64,000 bases of DNA from Desulfosudaceae bacterium. Lineage in GTDB: Bacteria; Desulfobacterota; Desulfobacteria; Desulfobacterales; Desulfosudaceae. Positions 44,819 to 53,595 of this stretch are shown here, in pieces. The notes below the pieces were generated by a model, which was given only the letters and a program-made list of their open reading frames with translations, made no database searches and was not told the origin of the DNA. A program made the translations under genes and the position numbers. Every line of letters starts with the position of its first letter. The first letter of the stretch is position 1. The stretch covers positions 238,478 through 302,477 of the forward strand of contig CAXXDV010000003.1 in the NCBI GenBank assembly GCA_963674745.2, written 5' to 3'.

Positions 44819-44849
44819 AGCCGTTCGAATTTTCCCGAACGGCTTTTTT
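44819..44849 (+). terminator. Intrinsic-terminator-like hairpin in the pilin operon leader
   Basis: AGCCGTTCG, an 8-nt loop and CGAACGGCT are followed by a T-run (TTTTTT). The hairpin lies 120 nt upstream of the fimT-like start, with no upstream + strand gene to terminate. Confidence 0.5.
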
Positions 44850-44968
44850 GTTTTCCCCTTTTTCAAAACACCGGTTGAAGTTTCTATTTCCAGTTTCAGC
44901 GGATTTTTGGCGAAAAAATCCTGTTGCGGGGATTCGCTGCCGGACACTTTCAAAAACGGGCGGATGCC

Positions 44969-45451
44969 ATGAAAGACAATCGTGGCGTAACCCTGGTGGA
45001 AATGTTGACGGCCCTTGCGATCCTGGCAATCCTTTCCGCTGCCGGCGGTGTCGGCCTTCTACGCGGTATGCCCGAACGGCGGATGATGAGTGCCGCCAGG
45101 GACCTTTATTGCGACCTGCGAAAGGCCCAGTCCCGGGCGATTGCCGCGGGCGAGACGGTCACCGTCAATTTCAGCCTGGAAAAAAATATCCTGTCTCTGG
45201 TTGATGCCGGTGGCCAAACCGTCTCAGAAACCCGGTTGCCGGGTTTTATCGATCTTTGTGAAATCAAGGGCGACCGGGACGATGACCGGCGGTTTTATTT
45301 CAATTCCCGGGGCATCAAAACCGGCGTGTCCGGTTCGGTCTGGATCCGGTATCACAAGCCGGGGTATGACTGGCGGCAGGTCCTGGTCAGATCGAGCGGT
45401 TCGATGGCTATCAGGCGGTCAAGTGATAGCGGTAAAACCTGGGAGTATTGA
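44969..45451 (+). CDS. GspH/FimT-like minor (pseudo)pilin
   Basis: It has the prepilin N-terminus RGVTLVEMLTALAILAIL. The start is placed at ATG 44969. Confidence 0.75.
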   Translation: MKDNRGVTLVEMLTALAILAILSAAGGVGLLRGMPERRMMSAARDLYCDLRKAQSRAIAAGETVTVNFSLEKNILSLVDAGGQTVSETRLPGFIDLCEIKGDRDDDRRFYFNSRGIKTGVSGSVWIRYHKPGYDWRQVLVRSSGSMAIRRSSDSGKTWEY

Positions 45452-45452
45452 C

Positions 45453-46292
45453 ATGACGGTAAATAAAAACAACGGATTTTCTTTTTCCAGTGGCTTGACG
45501 CTCGTCGAAATCATTGTCGCCATGGCGGTTTTTTCAATTGCCATGACAGTGATCATCAGGACATTTGTAAGCCAGCAGAATACGCTGGCTCATATCGATC
45601 ATCGTTCGCAGATGAATATTAACGCCCGTAATGCCATGCATATCCTTGAAAGTCATATCCAGATGATGGGGTTTTGCCCCGGAAGCGGGCTGGACAGTGC
45701 GGATGCCATGGATTTTTCGCAGGGCTGCCTGGCCGAGGGCGGGCAGATGGTTTTTTGCAGAAAAAACCCCGAACCCGGCAAACACCATGAAACGCAGACG
45801 ATCAGCATTAATTTATATAAAGCCCATGATAAAGAGGGCTGCGGAGCTGACGGTCTGGCCGACAGTAAGGTAGGGGCCACCGGGTTGATCGTTCAGGGTG
45901 TCAGGGCGGCTGATGATATTGTGGCCATCCGCTTTGCCTATGCTTTTGATGATGATGGTGACGGCTGCCTGGATCTGTCGGCGGCTGATCATATTGTCTG
46001 GGCGGTGGACACGGACCAGGACGGCCGTCTGGATACCGCCCTGGATACGGATGATGACGGTGATGTGGACAGGGATGACAGCATCGGCGGTATTGATTTG
46101 GGTGATAAAATCCGCATCGGCCGTATCAGGGCGGTCAAGGCCTGGCTGCTGGTTCGGTCGCCATCTCCTTTGAAGGGCGCCAAGGACCAGCGGGAATTCG
46201 TGGTCGGTGACCGGCGCTGCAAAGTGGACGATTATTACGGACATGTGCTGCTGACGACGACGGTGCGCTGCAGGAATATGAATGACGGATGA
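45453..46292 (+). CDS. PilW-like minor pilin with Asp-rich Ca-binding-type repeats
   Basis: I use the internal ATG 45453, giving NGFSFSSGLTLVEIIVAMAVFSI (prepilin motif). It also has DDDGDGCLD...DTDQDGRLDTALDTDDDGDVDRDD. The longer 45090 ORF overlaps the previous gene. Confidence 0.7.
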   Translation: MTVNKNNGFSFSSGLTLVEIIVAMAVFSIAMTVIIRTFVSQQNTLAHIDHRSQMNINARNAMHILESHIQMMGFCPGSGLDSADAMDFSQGCLAEGGQMVFCRKNPEPGKHHETQTISINLYKAHDKEGCGADGLADSKVGATGLIVQGVRAADDIVAIRFAYAFDDDGDGCLDLSAADHIVWAVDTDQDGRLDTALDTDDDGDVDRDDSIGGIDLGDKIRIGRIRAVKAWLLVRSPSPLKGAKDQREFVVGDRRCKVDDYYGHVLLTTTVRCRNMNDG

Positions 46293-46390
46293 TGGGTTTT
46301 AGGTTCAAGGTTCAAGGTTCAAGGATTCGGGGTGGTTATGGAGATGTTCGCAAATATTGTAGGGGCACGGCGTGCCGTGCCCTTTTGTCA
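46293..46390. repeat. Composite repeat F (one arm plus GC hairpin)
   Basis: TGGGTTTTAGGTTCAAGGTTCAAGGTTCAAGGATTCGGGG is followed by TTCGCAAATATTGTAGGGGCACGGCGTGCCGTGCCCTTTTGTCA. The latter is the near-exact reverse complement of 30614..30658. Confidence 0.75.
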
Positions 46391-46425
46391 TGGTTATGCG
46401 TTTAAAGGCAAAGGAGGGGGAAAAA

Positions 46426-46830
46426 ATGTTTCAAAATAAAAAAGAAGCGCAGGCGGGTTTTTCCATGATTGAGGTGCTGATTGCGCTGAGTATTTTTGCC
46501 ATCGGGTTTATGGCCATCACGTCGAGTGTGATTGCCGGTTCAAACGCCGGCCGTACGACCGCCATGGCTGATCAGGCTGTTTTCTGGGGGCAGCAGATTA
46601 CGGAAAATTTGGCCGGGATACCGCTGGATGCGCCGGACCTGGATGGGGGCGGTCCGCTGACCATTGTGCGGGAAAACCAGAAGGCGGAAATCACCGTTTT
46701 TGACGCGGTTGATACAGATGGCAACGGAAAAGACGACTATAAGTCCATCGGCCTGAAGGTGTGGGTTAAAAAAGGCGATGCCTATGCCCTGCGCATGGAG
46801 AATTATTACCGGCGATCTGTCAGGGATTAA
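46426..46830 (+). CDS. PilV-like minor pilin
   Basis: The SD AAGGAGGGGG precedes ATG 46426. It has the prepilin motif AGFSMIEVLIALSIFAIGFMAI. Confidence 0.7.
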   Translation: MFQNKKEAQAGFSMIEVLIALSIFAIGFMAITSSVIAGSNAGRTTAMADQAVFWGQQITENLAGIPLDAPDLDGGGPLTIVRENQKAEITVFDAVDTDGNGKDDYKSIGLKVWVKKGDAYALRMENYYRRSVRD

Positions 46831-46849
46831 TTTTTTTAAGGAGGTAGAT

Positions 46850-47401
46850 ATGAATACAGCAGTGAATGACAGGCCGGGGCAGGCGGGTACGATTATCGTT
46901 GTTACGCTTCTGGTCCTGGCGGCTTTAACGGTATCGTCACTGATGGCGGTTAATATGGCCGTCAGTGACGGTACTGTCATGAGAAACAGCAGGACCTACC
47001 GCTGTGACCTGTATCGGGCGGAAACCGGCATTACGGTCGCCAAAGCGGCTCATACCGATTCCTGGCTGGCGTCGGATTCAATTCTGTTTGATTTGTCCGA
47101 GGGCAGTGCCGGTGTTACCGAGGAGGGCTTTTCCATTTCCGGGCTGGACGGCAATGACCTGCCGGCCATGGGGCGTTACGTGATCGCGCGTATTGAAACC
47201 GTGCCTGCCGCCGGGTCCCTGTCGGAAAAATTTTACCCTTTGAGCCACATGGCACCGATGCCCTCGGGATCCGGTTACAGTGCCATGAATTTTGAAATCC
47301 GGCGTTATGGCATCCTTTCAACCGGGTCTTCAAAAAAAGACAGACCCGATACCGGCGTCACGGTGGAGGCCGGGTTGTACAAGGTCTTTAACCGCTTTTG
47401 A
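46850..47401 (+). CDS. PilX-like minor pilin
   Basis: The SD AAGGAGG precedes ATG 46850. It has GQAGTIIVVTLLVLAALTVSSLMAV (PilX N-terminal type) and sits just before pilY1. Confidence 0.6.
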   Translation: MNTAVNDRPGQAGTIIVVTLLVLAALTVSSLMAVNMAVSDGTVMRNSRTYRCDLYRAETGITVAKAAHTDSWLASDSILFDLSEGSAGVTEEGFSISGLDGNDLPAMGRYVIARIETVPAAGSLSEKFYPLSHMAPMPSGSGYSAMNFEIRRYGILSTGSSKKDRPDTGVTVEAGLYKVFNRF

Positions 47402-47523
47402 TGGCGAAGCCACAAGCTCAATCTCTTCGTTGCGCTGCGTTTTTCGGATTTTCACGTACCTGTAAGTACGCTGCAATCCTCAAAACTTGCGCGCCTTGAC
47501 CTTGAGCTTGTGGCTTGGCCATC
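47400..47523 (+). repeat. GATGGC...GCCATC structured repeat, copy R3
   Basis: It starts inside the pilX-like TGA stop. The outer stem pairs GATGGCGAAGCCACAAGCTCAA with TTGAGCTTGTGGCTTGGCCATC. The core is similar to R2. Confidence 0.75.
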
Positions 47524-47592
47524 ACATAAGCGATTTTTTCAACCGGATATTTTCTATTGTTGTTATAGGGCATTTTTGAAGGGGGGATAATC

Positions 47593-50500
47593 ATGATACG
47601 TTTAAAACCGTTAATTACTGTTGGTCTGGCGGCCGTGTTGATGATGAGTATTTGTGCCCCGGCGGTTGCCGACGACAATGATATTTTCGGCTTTTCCTCG
47701 ACCTATGTCGAGCCGAACATTTTGATCCTGTTTGACAATTCCGGCAGCATGAACACAACGGCGGTCAAGGATTGTCGCCAGGAATGCCTCAGACAGCGTT
47801 GTGATGAATGGGGAGAATGCGAAGCCTGGGAAGAACAGTGTTATCAGCGGCGTATCGGGGGCAGGTGGGTTGAAATCTGCCAGGATGTCTGTGTCAGTCG
47901 GCCCTGCAACCAGTGGGTGTGCTCGGAATGGGAGACCGTATGCGAGGAAAAGACCCGGATGACGGTGGCCCAGGAAACGGTCAAAGATATCATTGATCGT
48001 TATGGAGACACGAATCGTTTTGGCATCATGATTTTTCATGACAATACCAGTGATACCAGTAATGGCGGATATTTTGCCGAATTTAAGGGAAAATACCCGG
48101 TCTGCGAAGTCAAGGACAGGTTTATCCGTGATGATGCGGGCGACTTGAAAACCGGCGCTGCCTATGAACAGGCGATTGTTGATTATAAAGCCTATTTGAA
48201 AAGCTTTGTGGATACATTGACGCCGCGCACGTACACGCCCCTGGCCGAGACCCTGGCTGAAGCCGGACTGTATTTTGCCGAAAAGCCTTCCTGGTTTAAT
48301 GCCGAAACCGGCACCTATCCCGTAAGCGGCCGGTATCCCGATGCTGTTGTGGATGCCTATAACCCGGACCAGACCCACCCGCCCATCGAACACCGCTGTC
48401 GGAAAAATTATATTATTCTCATGACCGACGGTGAACCGACCCGTGATGACGCGCCGGTATTAAAAGGAAAGTACATCAATGACGATTTTATCGCAGGCGG
48501 GAAGCTGCCGGCACTGGATGATGTGGCCGGTTATCTGCACGATAATGATATCAATGTCAACTTTGATACCCCGGATTTTTCTCAGAATATTATGGTCTAT
48601 GCCATTGGTTTTCAGGGTGGCGACACGGCCCTGCTTCAGGACACCGCCGATCGGGGAACCGGTGCCGGAAACAACAAGAACGTGGATGACGGAGGGCTTT
48701 ATTTTAATGCCACCAGCCCGGAAGACCTGGATCGGGCTTTTGAAACGATCATGTTTAATATCAGCGAGCGCCGGACGCTTTTTGCCGCTCCGGTTGTTCC
48801 GGTCAGTCACAGCAGTAAAGCCTATGCCGGTGACAATGTGTACATGGCCTTATTCCAACCATCGGCCGAGGGACAATGGATCGGCAATCTGAAAAAATAC
48901 AGCTTGAATCAAAACAATGCATTTTCTTCATGTAATACCCAGGTGCCCATTCTGGACGAGGCGGGTCAGATTAAAGACAGTGCCCGGTCCTGCTGGTCGG
49001 ATACCTCTGATGGATATGCCGTGGACAAGGGCGGGGCAGGGGGAAAACTGTCGGAAAAGCCGGACCGGACACGACGGGTTTATGCCAACATCAGCCTTTT
49101 CCCGGACCTGACCCTGGGAATCAACGCTTTTTCAAAAGAGAATACCGAACTCAGTGCCGATGATTTCAATGTCCCGGATAAAGCAGTGTTGATCGACCGG
49201 GTGCGCAGGGTAAATGATAGCTGGCGACTGGGTGATTTTAATCATTCACGCCCCGCAGTGGCCGTTTATGACGGGCCCTCAACTTATATTTTTGCCGGTG
49301 CCAACGACGGTATGCTGCATTGCTTTGATGATGCCGATGGCGATGAGGCCTGGGCGTTTATACCGGCGGAACAGTTCGGTCGCTTAAAAGAACTCTCAGC
49401 CAGCGAGCATAAATACTTTATGGACGGCTCTCCCGCGATTGCCGACACGGAAAAAGGACCTAGAATCCTCGTCTGCGGTGAACGGCGGGGCGGCAATCAC
49501 TATTATGCCCTTGATATTTCCGATATCAACCGGCCTCAATCTCTTTATACCCATACCATTGAAGGCCAGTCCTGGAAAACGCCCCAGTTCATGCGGGTTG
49601 CCACAGGACCGGAAACACGGCTCGAGGTGTTTCTGATTACCGGCGGTTATGACCAGGCGGTTGATGGCGATCAGCCGGCGGAAGTCGGCCGTTCCGTGTA
49701 TACCATTAATGCGGTATCCGGAGAAAAACAGGGGTTTTCGGCGGATTCTGAAGATTTTGATGCCATGAGCTGTATTGTCAGTGCTTCGGGCCTGGATATG
49801 ATCGATGACGGAATTTTTGTCGTAAATCAGATTTACGCGGCTGACATGGCAGGGTATTTATATGCCTTCAGAGACAACAACAACCCGGAGGCCCCTGGCG
49901 CCCTGGATGGTCAATGGCAGAAGATGCATTTGTTTTCGGTCGTATCCGACGGCAAAAAAATATTTGAAGATGTCGATGTTGTTCCTGAAAAGATCAAAGT
50001 ATTTAACACCGGGGACAATCAGTGGGAACGGGTATCCGGCGATTATGTCTATTTCGGCACCGGTGACCGTGCCAATCCCCTGCGGACAGATCAACAGAAC
50101 CGGTTTTATTGTATTAAAAATGACTGGCGCACCGGCCCTTTGACCGTAACGGGCGTGGTGGGTGAGTATCCCACCCTGGATGATGACCCTGGTGGAGATC
50201 CGGACGGAGATGATGAGGCCCCGGTTATTATAAATGTGACCGACAATAAGATTCAGGACGGTACCGCAGAGGAACAGCTGGCGGTCAGGCAGGCACTTGA
50301 AGCGAATTACAACCGGGGATGGTTTATTGATCTGGAACACACTGGTGAGAAATGCCTGTCCACGCCAATTGTATTTGACGGAGTGGTGTATTTTACAAGC
50401 TATACTCCCGCGCTAGATGCAAATGCCAATGGCGATCCCTGCGCATCAAACAATCCGGGCGCAGGCGTCTCCCGGCTTTATGCGGTTGATTACAGAACCG

Positions 50501-50712
50501 GCGCGGCTGTTTGTGATTTCGGCGGTGATGACAAACTGGACAAGGACGACCGGAGCAAACAGATACTGGACGACCTGGTATCAATCGCACCGTCACCAAA
50601 GATCTTTATTTCCGATCGTGGGCCGAAACTGATTGTCGGCCCTCACAGCGAGGATCCGAAATCGGATCTGGAGGGGGTAAGGCGGTTCTACTGGAAAATC
50701 CACGAAGAATAA
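47593..50712 (+). CDS. pilY1: PilY1-like type IV pilus tip adhesin (vWA plus beta-propeller)
   Basis: It has a signal peptide, the MIDAS motif ILFDNSGSM, ILMTDGEPT and a long C-terminal PilY1-type propeller region. It follows the minor pilins. Confidence 0.85.
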   Translation: MIRLKPLITVGLAAVLMMSICAPAVADDNDIFGFSSTYVEPNILILFDNSGSMNTTAVKDCRQECLRQRCDEWGECEAWEEQCYQRRIGGRWVEICQDVCVSRPCNQWVCSEWETVCEEKTRMTVAQETVKDIIDRYGDTNRFGIMIFHDNTSDTSNGGYFAEFKGKYPVCEVKDRFIRDDAGDLKTGAAYEQAIVDYKAYLKSFVDTLTPRTYTPLAETLAEAGLYFAEKPSWFNAETGTYPVSGRYPDAVVDAYNPDQTHPPIEHRCRKNYIILMTDGEPTRDDAPVLKGKYINDDFIAGGKLPALDDVAGYLHDNDINVNFDTPDFSQNIMVYAIGFQGGDTALLQDTADRGTGAGNNKNVDDGGLYFNATSPEDLDRAFETIMFNISERRTLFAAPVVPVSHSSKAYAGDNVYMALFQPSAEGQWIGNLKKYSLNQNNAFSSCNTQVPILDEAGQIKDSARSCWSDTSDGYAVDKGGAGGKLSEKPDRTRRVYANISLFPDLTLGINAFSKENTELSADDFNVPDKAVLIDRVRRVNDSWRLGDFNHSRPAVAVYDGPSTYIFAGANDGMLHCFDDADGDEAWAFIPAEQFGRLKELSASEHKYFMDGSPAIADTEKGPRILVCGERRGGNHYYALDISDINRPQSLYTHTIEGQSWKTPQFMRVATGPETRLEVFLITGGYDQAVDGDQPAEVGRSVYTINAVSGEKQGFSADSEDFDAMSCIVSASGLDMIDDGIFVVNQIYAADMAGYLYAFRDNNNPEAPGALDGQWQKMHLFSVVSDGKKIFEDVDVVPEKIKVFNTGDNQWERVSGDYVYFGTGDRANPLRTDQQNRFYCIKNDWRTGPLTVTGVVGEYPTLDDDPGGDPDGDDEAPVIINVTDNKIQDGTAEEQLAVRQALEANYNRGWFIDLEHTGEKCLSTPIVFDGVVYFTSYTPALDANANGDPCASNNPGAGVSRLYAVDYRTGAAVCDFGGDDKLDKDDRSKQILDDLVSIAPSPKIFISDRGPKLIVGPHSEDPKSDLEGVRRFYWKIHEE

Positions 50713-50789
50713 AGAGCGTAAATGTTGTTTTTGTGAGTGAAATCCAGCGAGGCAGCCGGTGCACCTGCAAGTTGCAGGGCGTGAACTTA

Positions 50790-50849
50790 TGTAGGGGCAC
50801 CCCCCTGTGGGTGACCTTTCAAGGGCGGCCACAGGGGGCCGCCCCTACA
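50790..50849. repeat. GC-hairpin dyad
   Basis: TGTAGGGGCACCC..GGGTGACC and GGGCGGCC..GGCCGCCCCTACA. These are the same two stem variants as the dyad at 26523..26583, in swapped order. Confidence 0.75.
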
Positions 50850-50887
50850 ACATTCGCTGAAATTGTACATTAAGGGGGAAACCAGAA

Positions 50888-51154
50888 ATGGAAAAATTTC
50901 GAATCTCAAGGAAAGCTTTGACCGTTTGTTGGGGGTGTCTCATTTGTGCCATGCTGGCGATAACCTGTCCCACATTGGCAGATGCCGAAAAGACTGACAT
51001 GCCTTCGGGCAAGATTGTTTTTGAAGATAAAAAGACCGGGGTGAAAATCATAAAAACCAGGGCTGGTGTGATTTTAAAGATCACAACCGACGAGCAGGGC
51101 AGGGTAAGGGTTGAAGAACTCGAAGATGAACCGGCAAAATCAGCAGGCCGGTAA
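50888..51154 (+). CDS. Hypothetical small secreted protein
   Basis: This is an 88-aa ORF with a signal-peptide-like N-terminus (ALTVCWGCLICAMLAITCPTLADA). AAGGGGGAAACC lies upstream. Confidence 0.4.
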   Translation: MEKFRISRKALTVCWGCLICAMLAITCPTLADAEKTDMPSGKIVFEDKKTGVKIIKTRAGVILKITTDEQGRVRVEELEDEPAKSAGR

Positions 51155-51210
51155 GCAGTAATATGTAGCGAATTTCATCTTGCACAAGGAGCCAGGGGCT
51201 CGGGTCCCGG

Positions 51211-51441
51211 TCAACTTACCTGCTTTATGGAAACCGCGCCAATGGGGCAGGCTTCGATACAATCCCAGCATCCCATGCACATGTCCTGAAAAACCATGGG
51301 CGGTTCAAATGGGCCGTCGATCTGTTTAAACACTTTATGTTCACAAACCGACACCGGGGCGCAGCGCCCGTTGTCAGGATCACATTCACGGGGCCGGCAT
51401 TTATCATAGTCCACAATGGCAAATGTTTTTTTGGGCTGCAT
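51211..51441 (-). CDS. Small ferredoxin-like Fe-S protein
   Basis: ATG 51441 is preceded by AAGGAG. Motifs are CRPRECDPDNGRCAPVSVC (an RLI-type atypical cluster motif) and CMGCWDCIEACP. Confidence 0.6.
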   Translation of the reverse strand: MQPKKTFAIVDYDKCRPRECDPDNGRCAPVSVCEHKVFKQIDGPFEPPMVFQDMCMGCWDCIEACPIGAVSIKQVS

Positions 51442-51827
51442 ACGGATATTCTCCTTCAAAAAACCATCGACTTCACTGAACATTATACAATTTGTTTACT
51501 GCCACTTGTTTTCTTTATACTTCATAACGGCCCGATGATGCAACGACCGGCATTGCCATGATTTTCCATAATATTTTCGATAAAATAAACCCGAACAGGG
51601 GTCGTTATTATGCCGCTGTTGCCCTTTGATTTTCGTGTCAACAAATCGATATTATTGAGTTTTAACGCATCATTCGTGATCAGGGGGCCCCTTTTTGTTT
51701 TCCCCGGAAAAGGATCCGCGTTTCCTCAGAATTAGGTTGAATTGACCGGCTATAAGTAATACTGATATTTAACACAGAAATTAAGCTATTCTTAGTTAAT
51801 GCGTTCTAAATTGTGAAACGGGGGAGC

Positions 51828-53345
51828 ATGAATCAGAAAATCGGTTTTGACAACGACAAGTATCTTGAGGAGCAGACCAAGGCGATTCTGGAAAGAGTTC
51901 AGCGGTTTAACGATAAGCTGTACCTTGAATTCGGTGGCAAGCTGTTATTTGACTATCATGCCGCGCGGGTGCTGCCCGGATTTGATCCCAACGTCAAAAT
52001 GAGGCTCCTCCAGAAGCTTAAAGATAAGATTGATGTGATTCTTTGCATCTATGCCGGGGATATTGAGCGGAAAAAAGTACGCGCTGATTTCGGCATTACC
52101 TATGATTCCGACACCCTGAAAACCATTGATGATTTTAAAGAATGGGGTATATCCATTACCGCTGTTGTGATTACCCGTTATGAAGACCAGCCCTCTGCCA
52201 AAACATTTAAGAACAAACTTGAGCGAAGAGGCGTCCGGGTATATACCCATTCATTTACAAAAGGGTACCCGACCAATATTGATCTGATCGTCAGCGACGC
52301 GGGTTACGGCGCCGATGAAATGATCGAAACAACCAGTCCGATCGTGGTTGTGACCGGTCCCGGCCCGGGTAGCGGCAAGTTGGCGACATGCCTTTCCCAG
52401 ATGTATCATGAATATAAAAAAGGCGTTAATGCCGGATATGCCAAATTTGAAACCTTTCCCATCTGGAACCTGCCCCTCAAGCATCCGGTCAATGTGGCCT
52501 ATGAGGCGGCTACCGTTGATTTGAAAGACGTCAACCTGATCGATCATTTTCACCTGGAAGCTTACAACGAAAAAACAGTCAATTATAACCGTGACATAGA
52601 TGCTTTTCCGTTGCTGAAACGGATTATTGAGAAAATAACCGGCAAAGAAACGTTTTATAAATCCCCCACCGATATGGGGGTGAATCGTGCCGGGTTCGGT
52701 ATTGTTGATGATGAGGTGGTGCGTGAAGCGGCCAAACAGGAAATCATCAGGCGTTATTTCAGGTCTTCGTGCGAATATGTCATGGGCCTGATTGATAAAG
52801 ATGTGCTTGAACTCTCAGAGTTGATCATGAAAAATATCGGCGCTGTGGCCGAAGACAGAAAAGTGGTCGCCCCGGCCAGAAAGGCGGCTGAGAAAGCGAT
52901 GCAAAACGGCATGGGGAATAAAGGCATTTACTGTGGTGCGGCGATCGAATTGAAGGACGGCACCATCATCACCGCCGAAAATACCGAGCTCATGCATGCC
53001 GCCGCCAGCCTGACATTAAAAGCGATAAAATATCTGGCTGAAATTCCTGAGAAGCTGGATCTGTTTCCGCAGAATATTGTTGATTCGATTACGCATCTGA
53101 AGAAAGCCGTGCTACACGGTACGAAGACGGACCTTGATTTAAATGAAACCCTGATTGCCTTGAGCATAAGTACCATATCCAACCCCACCGCCCAGTTAAC
53201 GCTGGAAAAACTTGAACTGCTCCATGGATGCGAAGCCCATATAACGCATATCCCGACGCCCGGTGATGAAGCGGGTTTAAGAAAGCTCGGTGTCAACCTT
53301 ACATCAGACCCCAATTTTTCTTCAAGGCGGCTATACATCAGCTAA
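51828..53345 (+). CDS. DUF1846 / UPF0371 family protein
   Basis: Collinear with the UPF0371 pattern as recalled: [72 protein letters not shown] and [14 protein letters not shown]. Confidence 0.8.
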   Translation: MNQKIGFDNDKYLEEQTKAILERVQRFNDKLYLEFGGKLLFDYHAARVLPGFDPNVKMRLLQKLKDKIDVILCIYAGDIERKKVRADFGITYDSDTLKTIDDFKEWGISITAVVITRYEDQPSAKTFKNKLERRGVRVYTHSFTKGYPTNIDLIVSDAGYGADEMIETTSPIVVVTGPGPGSGKLATCLSQMYHEYKKGVNAGYAKFETFPIWNLPLKHPVNVAYEAATVDLKDVNLIDHFHLEAYNEKTVNYNRDIDAFPLLKRIIEKITGKETFYKSPTDMGVNRAGFGIVDDEVVREAAKQEIIRRYFRSSCEYVMGLIDKDVLELSELIMKNIGAVAEDRKVVAPARKAAEKAMQNGMGNKGIYCGAAIELKDGTIITAENTELMHAAASLTLKAIKYLAEIPEKLDLFPQNIVDSITHLKKAVLHGTKTDLDLNETLIALSISTISNPTAQLTLEKLELLHGCEAHITHIPTPGDEAGLRKLGVNLTSDPNFSSRRLYIS

Positions 53346-53388
53346 CCTTGATGTTTTGTCGGATGGACAAAAAATTTTAAGAAAATTC

Positions 53389-53434
53389 TTGCAATCAGAT
53401 AAGGCGCCCATTAAAGTGACTGACATGTCAGTCA
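53389..53434 (+). promoter_or_regulatory. Candidate promoter plus 18-bp perfect palindromic operator
   Basis: TTGCAA (53389..53394), a 17-nt spacer and TAAAGT (53412..53417) overlap the palindrome TGACTGACATGTCAGTCA (53417..53434) by one base at 53417. Confidence 0.4.
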
Positions 53435-53595
53435 AGAAAATAAAGAGCACCAATCTCGCACTGGATTCCAGTGTCCACCGGAATGAAGAATATATCATGT
53501 CAATTTTATGCCGGATTTCCCGGTCAAGCCGGGCGATGACGGACGGTATTCGCGCAGGGCACTTTTTACATTCATTATAAAACTAAAGGGGGCTG

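Noticed and set aside
44760-44972. The 70-aa version of the leader ORF starting at ATG 44760.
   Set aside because: It has no SD. The internal ATG 44805, with GGGAGG upstream, is the only plausible start, and even that is reported only as a hypothesis.
45090-45452. Long N-terminal extension of the PilW-like ORF (400-aa version), and similar extensions at 46372, 46778, 751, 5944 and 19824.
   Set aside because: The extensions overlap the preceding genes in another frame. Internal ATGs with good SDs fall immediately before prepilin or domain motifs, so the shorter starts were used.
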